25,197 bases of DNA from a virus (IMGVR_UViG_3300006879_000020:1-25197); one strand, 5' to 3'. Counted from the stretch's first letter, positions 9,625 through 17,359 are shown. Notes: a model not told the origin generated them from the letters alone. Made by a program: numbers and translations.

Positions 9625-10263
9625 TTATTCGGCAGCGGCCACAAGGTCGCGCAGCGGGTTGAAGTCGGCAGGCTCGACAATCACGAAATCGTCCGACCAC
9701 CCGGGCAGGAACGAGAACGAGATATTGTTGCTGTCGGGGGCTTCGAATCCGCCCAGCCCCTTATCCGACACGAATACCGACTGCACGGGGATCGGATAAT
9801 AAGCCGTCTTAGACGGTTCGCCCGCGGTCGTTTCCTTGCGACAGCCGATGTTGCCGTGTTCATCCACCAGGTAGACACCGACATTCTCGCACATCAGTTC
9901 CTTCATGGCCTTGATCGTGTCCTGCTGAGATCGCAGAATTTTAGCCGTGAAGGCCGTCGGATTCGTGCCGAGGATGATTTCGACACCGCCGACGGTGGCA
10001 TTGCCGCCGCCATACGTGCGGGCCTCGCCCGGTTCTGCCGTGGGTTCGACGATAAACGGCGTGATGACGGCCTTCGTGCCGTCAGTCGCCGACAGGAGCG
10101 GCGTCCAGGACGCCAGTTTGGTAGGGTCGGCGATGCTGTTGAGCTCGTCGCCCGATTTGTAGATGCGCTGGAAGATCAACTTCTGCACCTGCCCCATGCT
10201 CTCCGGGCAATCGTGTACCGGAATAGTCTGAAGCGATGCGCCGCGCGGACAACCACAATTCAT
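9625..10263 (-). CDS. Putative major tail (tube) protein
   Basis: 212 aa, beta-rich and acidic, with CPESMGQVQKLIFQR and PDSNNISFSF motifs; no other tube candidate lies before the tape measure. Confidence 0.6.
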   Translation of the reverse strand: MNCGCPRGASLQTIPVHDCPESMGQVQKLIFQRIYKSGDELNSIADPTKLASWTPLLSATDGTKAVITPFIVEPTAEPGEARTYGGGNATVGGVEIILGTNPTAFTAKILRSQQDTIKAMKELMCENVGVYLVDEHGNIGCRKETTAGEPSKTAYYPIPVQSVFVSDKGLGGFEAPDSNNISFSFLPGWSDDFVIVEPADFNPLRDLVAAAE

Positions 10264-10293
10264 ACGTGAAATAAATTTATCGGTTAAACATCC

Positions 10294-10309
10294 GGGCGAC
10301 CCTTAGCCC
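10294..10309 (-). promoter_or_regulatory. AAGGGU-loop RNA hairpin upstream of the tail tube gene
   Basis: GGGC-TAAGGGTC-GCCC, 30 nt before the ATG. Confidence 0.55.
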
Positions 10310-10319
10310 ATTTTCATCA

Positions 10320-10341
10320 CAAAGGAAAATATTATTTTGAG
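10320..10341 (-). promoter_or_regulatory. Candidate late promoter (CTCAAAA-N7-TTCCTTTG)
   Basis: Degenerate Bacteroidota -7 box preceded by CTCAAAA; the same arrangement occurs at 12362-12383. Confidence 0.5.
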
Positions 10342-10352
10342 GCAGATCGGCG

Positions 10353-11828
10353 TCAATTCCGAACTCTTACGCCGCGCGTCGGTTTTCGGGTGCCGTTTTC
10401 ACACTCGGCGATACCCGTAAGCACGTCGGCAACCTCATCGTGCGCGTTGGCCTTGAAGATACGTTTGAACGAAACGGCATCCGCATAGAACCGCGGCCAG
10501 CGCTGCGCCCAGTCGTAGGGCATGACGATACACTGCTTCACGGTGGGGGCATAGGTGAGGATGCGCGATTCCTTGTTGCGCGACTGGAAGAACGGCGTGA
10601 TCTCCACGCCGGGGCACTTCGAGCGGAGTTTGCGGGCGAAATAGCCGCCGCCGTTGTTGCTCTCGATCATCGCGGCCCGCGTCTGGCTCCTGGAAAAAAG
10701 CATCGGCAATAACTTCTCCGCTTCGTCGAGGTCACTGCCCGTATACACTATGTCGGTGACGTAACATTTGCAGAATCCGACGCCGTCGACGACTTCGGCG
10801 GCGCCGACGCGGTACGAAACGGACAGCGTATTATCCGTGCCCGTATCGGCAATATCCGTATAGTTTTTATTCCCGAAGGTTGCGGGCAGCTCCGTATAGG
10901 TCTGCCACTCCCGGCCATAGAGCGCCCCTGCCTCGTTATAGGGGTTGCCCTGGCACATGCATTCGAATATCTCCGGGGCGAGTTTACGCGAGTTCAGAAG
11001 CCGTTCCAACGAATGCCGCTGCGGCCACAGGGCCTCTCCGACTTGCCGGGGGTCGAGCTCTGTCGGCTCGCTCTCCTTTATCGCCTGGAAATTGATCTTC
11101 GCCCAGGCATCCGCGGGGAAATTGTCGAGCTGCCCCCACGAGGTAACCTCGATCACCTTGTCGTGCTTCTCCAATCGGCCGATCAGGTCGTCCTCATGCC
11201 AACGCGTGAATACGATAAGCTGCTGGCTGTCGTTGTGCAGGCGGAAGTTTGCAACGGAGGTGTACCACTCCCAGCAGGATTCCCGGATAACGGGAGAATT
11301 ACCCTCCTCCGCATCCTTATACAGGTCGTCGATTATCAGGACGTCGACGGGATTGCCCGTAAGACCGCCGCCACGGCCGACACTCAGCAGACTACCCCGG
11401 TGGCCGATGATTTCGAACTCATTCGCGGTGTTGATCGCATCCTCCGCCGAGGTGCGCCCTTTGCTGATACGTGTATCGGGAAACAAGTCCGCGTATTGCG
11501 GGGTTCGCATATAACGCTGAATCTCTCGGTTGAATTTCTTGGCCTTTCCGTCATTGTAGGAAGCCACGGCAATACGGGCATCCGGATTTTGGCCCAATAT
11601 CTTGGCCGGAAGCAGACGGGTCGAACCTTCGCTCTTACCATGTTGCGGAGGAATCGACACGATCAACTTTCTGATCTTCCCCGTAGCGAACCTATGCAGG
11701 ATTCGGTAGTAGACGATATGGAACTGCGCGAACTCCAGCCGCGGGTTGACATACTTGGCAAAAAGCCCGAAAATATTCCGAGCTTTCTCCATACGCCATT
11801 GGCTGAGGGTATTTGCGTCTATCTTCAT
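10353..11828 (-). CDS. terL: Terminase large subunit
   Basis: Walker A IPPQHGKS, LTG..VDVLIIDD Walker B, FTRWHEDDL, nuclease motifs DIADTGTD, IESNNGG and HDEVAD. Confidence 0.97.
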   Translation of the reverse strand: MKIDANTLSQWRMEKARNIFGLFAKYVNPRLEFAQFHIVYYRILHRFATGKIRKLIVSIPPQHGKSEGSTRLLPAKILGQNPDARIAVASYNDGKAKKFNREIQRYMRTPQYADLFPDTRISKGRTSAEDAINTANEFEIIGHRGSLLSVGRGGGLTGNPVDVLIIDDLYKDAEEGNSPVIRESCWEWYTSVANFRLHNDSQQLIVFTRWHEDDLIGRLEKHDKVIEVTSWGQLDNFPADAWAKINFQAIKESEPTELDPRQVGEALWPQRHSLERLLNSRKLAPEIFECMCQGNPYNEAGALYGREWQTYTELPATFGNKNYTDIADTGTDNTLSVSYRVGAAEVVDGVGFCKCYVTDIVYTGSDLDEAEKLLPMLFSRSQTRAAMIESNNGGGYFARKLRSKCPGVEITPFFQSRNKESRILTYAPTVKQCIVMPYDWAQRWPRFYADAVSFKRIFKANAHDEVADVLTGIAECENGTRKPTRGVRVRN

Positions 11829-12253
11829 TCCAAAACATCGTCCGACAGGAATTGGGCCTTCTGCTCGGGGGTCATGCCTTTGAACGGATTGTCCGGGCTG
11901 GCCGGGCGGAACTTTACGGCCTGCTCGTCCTCATAACCGTGGTTATTCTTCAGCAGGAAGATTGCGGCAGCGGCACCGCACCCGCCTTTGAGCATCCTTA
12001 CGACCAAATCCCGCTGTACCCGCATACGCGCTTTTTTTACCGTAGGGAAAAACTCAGAGTATGCCTCCAGCTTGCCATAGTTGAGAATCGTTTTCCTGTC
12101 TACCTCAAGAGCCTCGCAAAGCCCCTCGATGGTAAGCGGTTCGTCTTTCTTCTCACACGCGGCGAAATAAGCATCGATGGCCGCCTGCATATCCTCCGGG
12201 CTGGAGAACTTACGCGGGCGCCCGATCTGTTTCTGTTCCTTATTTGCTGCCAT
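11825..12253 (-). CDS. terS: Terminase small subunit
   Basis: GRPRKFSSPEDMQAAIDAYF...PLTIEGLC...AIFLLKN; ATGA overlap with terL. Confidence 0.92.
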   Translation of the reverse strand: MAANKEQKQIGRPRKFSSPEDMQAAIDAYFAACEKKDEPLTIEGLCEALEVDRKTILNYGKLEAYSEFFPTVKKARMRVQRDLVVRMLKGGCGAAAAIFLLKNNHGYEDEQAVKFRPASPDNPFKGMTPEQKAQFLSDDVLE

Positions 12254-12266
12254 AATGTACGATTTG

Positions 12267-12338
12267 TAGCGGGGATGGGATTTGAACCCACGACCTCCGG
12301 GACATGAGCCCGGCGAGCTACCGCTGCTCCACCCCGCA
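12267..12338 (-). tRNA. Initiator-type tRNA-Met (CAT)
   Basis: TGCGGGG TG GAGC AGCGGTA GCTC G CCGGG CTCATGT CCCGG AGGTC GTGGG TTCAAAT CCCAT CCCCGCT A. Initiator hallmarks: 1:72 mismatch, A11:U24 and three consecutive G:C pairs in the anticodon stem. No encoded CCA. Confidence 0.9.
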
Positions 12339-12361
12339 ATGATTCCGTTTCAATCCGGAGG

Positions 12362-12383
12362 CTAAAATACAACGCTTTTTGAG
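12362..12383 (-). promoter_or_regulatory. Candidate late promoter (CTCAAAA-N7-TATTTTAG)
   Basis: Upstream of the tRNA/terS unit; matches the motif and spacing at 10320-10341. Confidence 0.5.
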
Positions 12384-12392
12384 TACCATCGG

Positions 12393-12755
12393 CTATCGGG
12401 AGGAGCCCCCCGAATTTCGAAGCCGTTTTATCCGTTTGGACAAAAACGGATTCGGCATGCAGTCGAGCGATCCGAGATGCTCGGATTCAGCCTTGTCAAG
12501 CTTTGCCGCCTTTTTCGGGGCCTTTCCCCGGGCGCCCTTGTTATGCGGGATGTGCCCTTTCTGAAACCGACCGGGCAGGTGCTTGCACTCTTCAATGAAA
12601 GCCTCGGATTTTTTCAAACCTAAGCGAGCCGCACAAGCAGCCACGGCTTTCGGCGACCGGCCGAACAACTCGGCCAGGGCCTTATTGAAAAAAGTCGGAT
12701 ATAACCGCGTCATTTCATACAGTTCTTCGCGCGTCCATTTTTTTACCCTACTCAT
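12393..12755 (-). CDS. DNA-binding protein resembling the N-terminus of phage HNH endonucleases, with no nuclease domain
   Basis: WT.EE....LYP...ALAELFGRSPKAV...A.RLGLKKS helix-turn-helix and RFQKGHIPHNKG motif; no HNH motif follows. Confidence 0.65.
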   Translation of the reverse strand: MSRVKKWTREELYEMTRLYPTFFNKALAELFGRSPKAVAACAARLGLKKSEAFIEECKHLPGRFQKGHIPHNKGARGKAPKKAAKLDKAESEHLGSLDCMPNPFLSKRIKRLRNSGGSSR

Positions 12756-12856
12756 TTGCAATCCTCCAAATTAATCACTACCTTTATTCCTGTGTGTAGG
12801 GGTGATCCGAAAGGATTGCCTCTTTTTTTCGCACCAATAGAACAATTATTTAGGAT

Positions 12857-13078
12857 TTATTGGGCTTTATTCCTGGGAGAAATAAAACCTTTAGAACAAT
12901 CCGCATCCTCAAAATCATCGACGACCTCTCCCGAATGCTCCCGACAAAATCCAATGGAGCGCACTTCCGGGCCTCTGGCATCTTCGAAGACTACAACGGC
13001 AACATCGTCTTCTGTACGGCATCCAACGAGCCTACACCCACTGGGAACACAAATTCGCACCTCCAAAGATTTATTCAT
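12857..13078 (-). CDS. Hypothetical protein
   Basis: MNKSLEVRICVPSGCRLVG..., start overlaps the upstream stop. Confidence 0.55.
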   Translation of the reverse strand: MNKSLEVRICVPSGCRLVGCRTEDDVAVVVFEDARGPEVRSIGFCREHSGEVVDDFEDADCSKGFISPRNKAQ

Positions 13079-13208
13079 CATTTCTTTGTTTTTCCAGTTC
13101 TTCAATAAGGGCTTCGGCGAGTTCAATAGCATTCTCTGTTACGTACCCGGTATACGGGTATCCCAATCCGTTCTCAGACAGATATTTCTCTGCTTTTTCG
13201 CTTTTCAT
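13071..13208 (-). CDS. Small hypothetical protein (45 aa)
   Basis: Manual translation MKSEKAEKYLSENGLGYPYTGYVTENAIELAEALIEELEKQRNDE fills the gap between its neighbours. Confidence 0.5.
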   Translation of the reverse strand: MKSEKAEKYLSENGLGYPYTGYVTENAIELAEALIEELEKQRNDE

Positions 13209-13214
13209 AGTTGG

Positions 13215-13664
13215 TCACCTTTTGTGTTTTACTTTTCGATTCGGAATGCAGGAAATCCAGCCCCAGAACGGTATGCGTCGCTTCAAATAGTCCGGATCAT
13301 CCTCGTAGTTGTATGCTTCGGTCTCGAAGCAGGTGTAGTAGTATGCGTCCGGATAAGGCGGCAGTATCGCTTCGCTCATCCACGAAATGCCGTAGCAAAT
13401 CCAGCCGGCGAAGAGAATGCCGACCACCGTCAGCGCCCAGCCCCACCAGGCGAACGAGCGGCATATGGCGACGGGCAGGAGGATTGCCGCGAACAGCACG
13501 GACAGTTCGATCTGCTGGGCGCAGTGTATTCCTTCGTGGCGGCGCGTAGTCTCGTCCATGCTCCACGCCATCGGCTTGCGGGTAAAAGCCCACAAAAGCC
13601 ATGTTACCCAACTGAACCCCTTGAACGGGATCAACTTGTTGTGAACTTCGATAGGTAGTTTCAT
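13215..13664 (-). CDS. Membrane protein with HExxH (zincin-like) motif
   Basis: RRHEGIHCAQQ, two hydrophobic segments, then CFETEAY. Confidence 0.75.
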   Translation of the reverse strand: MKLPIEVHNKLIPFKGFSWVTWLLWAFTRKPMAWSMDETTRRHEGIHCAQQIELSVLFAAILLPVAICRSFAWWGWALTVVGILFAGWICYGISWMSEAILPPYPDAYYYTCFETEAYNYEDDPDYLKRRIPFWGWISCIPNRKVKHKR

Positions 13665-14096
13665 TGCAAGTTCAGTTCATAACCGTTAGACACTATCCAC
13701 TCGATTCGGCCGACGAGGAGGTCGATAAGGCTATGGTTAAAGCCATAACCGAAGTCTTCGTCCCCTGAAATTTGACCAAATTCGAATACCCACTCTCCCT
13801 CATCCCCCTTTTTTTTCAAGGCAGGGGGCATACACATTCCGAGCAATATTAATTGGCTTAATAATTCCCAGCAGGTCGGCGACTGTAAAGGCAGGTGCGT
13901 ACTGAGAAGGAAAATTTCTGCACATCCATCCAATGTGCTCCTCGCATGCTATCTGTAACTTACTACGCCCGGTTTTTATCGGCATTGTGTGCCATATCAT
14001 GCTCGCCTTCTGCGCGGGCACTCCCAACTCGATCAGCCGCTTCGACTGCTCGATGCTCGTTACTTGGTCTTTCATCTTCATTATTGTTTTACTCAC
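13661..14096 (-). CDS. Conserved phage hypothetical protein with a 1-base insertion at the A8/G5 run (13804-13816)
   Basis: QVTSIEQSKRLIELG...PAFTVADLL N-half (13800..14096) joins ...SLIDLLVGRIEWIVSNGY (13661..13933) if one base of the homopolymers is removed. Confidence 0.7.
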
Positions 14097-14985
14097 ATAA
14101 TCCGTAATAACTCATACAGCTGGTAGCCGTATCATCGTCGAACAAACTGCCCGTAGCGTTCTGCCATTCGACATACCGCACAACATCGTAGATGTCGGGG
14201 TACTTGTTACCGCTGGTGATCGAGTGGGCAGGTATTTTGTCCGGGCCGAAAAATTCTGAACGCAACCGGTCACCGCATTGTAATTCCTGCTCAATTTTGG
14301 CAATGTAGGCGATCCGCTCTGGGGATTGCCGGGCTATATTGAGAATATCCCGCTGATTCGCCATCACGCACGGCCAGCAGCCGACACGCTTGTAGGCCAT
14401 CCGGTAGAGCGGGTTTGGCTCCAAACCTGCGTCGAGGATGTAATCGATCACCTGCTGCGCCGACCAGTCGAACACGGGCCGTAACAGATCGTCGGCGAAC
14501 TGCGCCCGAAATGCCCGTACCTCCTTACCCCGGTAGGTGTGCTTCTTCGGTTTGCCCGCTTTGTCGTAGCCGTAAGGCTCGAAATAGTACTTGAAGTACG
14601 TACATTGCGCCGACATCTTAGCTCGCGCAGGGGATTCCGCACCTCTGATGCCCTGAATCATCAGCATATTATCCTGAACCTTGTCCAGTACGTAGTCGAT
14701 GCAGGGCTTCGTCTTCAATTCCTCCGTGCAGAACCGCGCCCGCGTCGAAGGCCAACGCTTCTTCTGCCGCGCGAGATCGACCATCCCGTCGTATTTCTTC
14801 GACTTGAGTGTCACCAAATCCAAGTGGAGTTTATCCGCGATCCGGTTGATGTACTCGTAGGTCAGCGGATGCTCCCAGCCCGTATCGCAAAATACGGTCG
14901 TGAAATTCTTGGTGATATGCTCGCGTGTCCACAATAGCGCCGCAAGGCTGTCTTTTCCACCCGAAAAGGTTACTATGACTTTCAT
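14089..14985 (-). CDS. Phosphoadenosine phosphosulfate reductase family protein
   Basis: PP-loop FSGGKDS, FCDTGWEHP, RFCTEELK..P, GIRGAES..R, NPLY...KRVGCWPC. Confidence 0.92.
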   Translation of the reverse strand: MKVIVTFSGGKDSLAALLWTREHITKNFTTVFCDTGWEHPLTYEYINRIADKLHLDLVTLKSKKYDGMVDLARQKKRWPSTRARFCTEELKTKPCIDYVLDKVQDNMLMIQGIRGAESPARAKMSAQCTYFKYYFEPYGYDKAGKPKKHTYRGKEVRAFRAQFADDLLRPVFDWSAQQVIDYILDAGLEPNPLYRMAYKRVGCWPCVMANQRDILNIARQSPERIAYIAKIEQELQCGDRLRSEFFGPDKIPAHSITSGNKYPDIYDVVRYVEWQNATGSLFDDDTATSCMSYYGLCE

Positions 14986-15029
14986 TCTTATCGTTCGTTT
15001 AAGGTTAACGATAGGGTTCCGGCAGGTTT

Positions 15030-16262
15030 TTAATCGAACAGCGCCCCTTGAACAGTAGCACCCGGACTTCTGATGGCCTCCGCCCACCGTTTATGAACAA
15101 ATAGCCGCTCCCCCCGTTTTATCGTTTTAGTCGCCGAATAGGTGCACGTTTTGTCAGTACTCGCAATACACACGAAGTCATCCGGCATGTAATATTCCGA
15201 AACGAACACCGGGAAATCTCGATGTCGAATCCAGTCGAAAAATCGTTCATGGTCAAAGTCGTGCAAATATCCCGATGTGTTGGCATATGGCGGATCGCAG
15301 TATACAGTTGCATCCGACGGAACGGCAACATCGGTGTAATCCTTTCGGGATACTTGCAACCTTTCCAAATTTTGCAGCCTTTGCAGCCTTTGCAGCCTTT
15401 GCAACCTTTCCAGCCTTTCCAAACTTTGCAAACTGTACAGACTTTCCAGGCTTTTCAAACTTTGCATCCTTTCCGGGCTTTTCAAACTTTTCAGACTTTC
15501 GTTTAAGGACGCCCACGGAATAGTTAACGCCGGTAAAATTTCTTGCAACTTCTCGTATTGCTCGGAGGTTGGCAACAGCCATTGAGATTCGCCAAAATAA
15601 ATGGCTACTCATCTGATTTCCAAGGTGTCGATTGACATCTTCTTGCGTAAGACCGGATAATTTCAGGGCATTCTGTAAATACCCCCGCAACTCCGTCGAT
15701 TTGGCCCGAAAAACATCCTTATGTATTGATGCCGTGTTTAATGTACCATCGGCGTTGTATTGGGGTATCACACCGCATTCTTCGCACAGCTTTAACGCCT
15801 TTTGCGTAAGTTCTCCTATTTCTTCTTGGTTTTTTTAAATTCCCTGATAAACCCATTCCATGCCATGCGTGCTTCGCCGGGTGTTTTCGCAAAAAATATC
15901 GCATGAAGGTGCTTTTTGAAGCGCTCTACTTCCGGAGCATACAAATAGGATTTCATATCATTCCCAAAACTCCAACACAGCCTCACGTAGGGGTCGCTAT
16001 CTTTGAGGCGGAAGAAATCGTCCCGGCTGATCCATCGGTGCTCATTCTGATATTTCCCGGCAATAGCATCGCGGAATACTTGGGGGTATTCCGTAATATC
16101 GTTTGCTATGAATCGCTCGAATTTCCCGGACAGCATCGCGGCGTGAGTTATCGAACAACCTCCGGCAAATAAGTCTACAAATGTATGCGAATGGGGAAGG
16201 TTAGAGACAACCCACTTCGCAATGCTGTTTTTACTGCCCTTGTATGGTAATCCGTAGTTCAT
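15030..16262 (-). CDS. Dam/D12-class N6-adenine DNA methyltransferase, interrupted by two homopolymer frameshifts (about 15830-15836 and 15599-15601)
   Basis: YGLPYKGSK, VDLFAGG.SI, IAND at the N-terminus; YCDPPY, FDHERF, VFVSEY at the C-terminus; the middle segment is in another frame. Confidence 0.88.
15353..15500 (-). repeat. Degenerate 9-bp tandem repeat encoding (L-Q/E/K-S/R)n inside the methylase
   Basis: Plus strand TTGCAGCCT x3 exact plus variants (TTGCAACCT, TTCCAGCCT, TTCCAAACT, TTGCAAACT); protein SLKSLESLYSLQSLERLERLQRLQRLQRLQNLERLQ. Confidence 0.9.
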
Positions 16263-16276
16263 ATTATATTCCAATA

Positions 16277-16468
16277 TTATAGGTCGTTAAAGTTCAGGGA
16301 TGGGTTCTGGCGGGAGGATAGGATTTTGTTCACACGCTCTATCTCTTCGTCGATCTCCCGCTCCAACCGCTTACTGTCGGTAAGAGCGGCCGATGAACGT
16401 GTGCGGAAATACTCCTTTTGCTTGGAGCGCATACGCTCGACCTTGCGGAAAAACTCGTGCGGGGTCAT
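16277..16468 (-). CDS. Small conserved phage hypothetical protein
   Basis: MTPHEFFRKVERMRSKQKEYFRTRS...KRLEREID; ATGA overlap with the initiator gene. Confidence 0.8.
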   Translation of the reverse strand: MTPHEFFRKVERMRSKQKEYFRTRSSAALTDSKRLEREIDEEIERVNKILSSRQNPSLNFNDL

Positions 16469-17358
16469 GACTTAGGAATTCGATAATGAAGTTTTTTACC
16501 CGCCCCGCAACGGTGATCCAGCACCTGACGTATCAAGTGCAGACGATTGGGTTGTTCCATGAACTCCACGAGAGATTTGTTTGCCACCGTAACATGAATT
16601 GTATCGCCCTCTGCATAGAGCCCGCGGAACAGAGTAAGCATCGGGCTGCAATCAACATTGGGATCGGCGGCAGAAACGGCCTCGTATACTTCACGCCAGA
16701 CATCCGCTATGCCAGAGGGGCATTTGGCGGCTCCATCTTCCGGTCTCCACGACCTGAGCGCTGCGGCACGGTTTTTTATAGCATTTCCATTACCATCTAC
16801 CCATCCGATTTTTTCATAGTGAGTGATGAATCGGTCTAATTCCAGAAGCGGGTCAATCAATTTCTTTTCGAACAAAATAATTTTTAAAAAATTCTCTCTC
16901 TCTTTGGCGCCTGCGGCAGATAGAGAAATAAGATTATATTTAGAATCAGATTTAAGATTAGAATAAGAATAAGATTTAATAGGGTTTTCACTTTCTGCGT
17001 TCGGTTTTTCATCAACCGCCGTATTTCCGTTCGGTTCTTCCGAAAACCGTTCGCTTTCTTCGGAAACCGTTCGGTTGTTTTCGGAACCGTTCGCTCTGCG
17101 GGAAGGACGGCCGCCACGGGAACCGTTCTCGCGGTTCTTGTCGCAACGAGCCTGATACTTCTCCGAATTGGCATCCAAGGATGCCTTGATGAAGCCGAAA
17201 CACATCTGGGTAACCTGATCCATCTCCGGCAGCTCTTCGCCCGTAGAATAGGCGAAAATGGCCGTAAGAAGGTCACCCCGCTGTTCGCGGCCGAGCAGCT
17301 TAATCTGCGGAAAGAAATCGTTGCGCAGGATGAACGTATCTATTTTTTGTTTCGCCAT
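16465..17358 (-). CDS. Replication initiator protein (DUF6291-like N-terminus)
   Basis: LGREQRGDLLTAIFAY...KYQARCDKNRENGSRGGRP N-terminus, repeat-rich linker, FITHYEKIGW C-domain. Confidence 0.8.
   Translation of the reverse strand: MAKQKIDTFILRNDFFPQIKLLGREQRGDLLTAIFAYSTGEELPEMDQVTQMCFGFIKASLDANSEKYQARCDKNRENGSRGGRPSRRANGSENNRTVSEESERFSEEPNGNTAVDEKPNAESENPIKSYSYSNLKSDSKYNLISLSAAGAKERENFLKIILFEKKLIDPLLELDRFITHYEKIGWVDGNGNAIKNRAAALRSWRPEDGAAKCPSGIADVWREVYEAVSAADPNVDCSPMLTLFRGLYAEGDTIHVTVANKSLVEFMEQPNRLHLIRQVLDHRCGAGKKLHYRIPKS
16920..17100. repeat. Probable replication origin: iterons plus AT-rich tract inside the initiator gene
   Basis: CGTTCG cores at 16998, 17028, 17048, 17068 and 17088 (20-bp period for the last four), next to an AT-rich AGA(A/T)T(A/T)-periodic tract at about 16920-16982. 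Confidence 0.7.
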
Positions 17359-17359
17359 G

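Noticed and set aside
719-11936. Long plus-strand ORFs (719..1792, 2580..3506, 3797..6361, 6453..7379, 9472..10269, 11013..11936 and others)
   Set aside because: They are antisense shadows of GC-rich, codon-biased minus-strand phage genes and have no recognisable motifs.
12782-12875. 11-bp direct repeat CTTTATTCCTG (12782, 12865) around a weak hairpin
   Set aside because: Only two short copies and no associated element; could be chance or a small duplication scar.
15253-15600. Lys/Ala-rich repeat protein (AKAAKAAK) in ORF 15253..15771
   Set aside because: It is the alternative-frame reading of the methylase 9-bp repeat after the frameshift; the DPPY-containing frame is the real one.
16998-17100. 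CRISPR-like array
   Set aside because: Repeats are short and degenerate with a 20-bp period and no unique spacers; they fit iterons.
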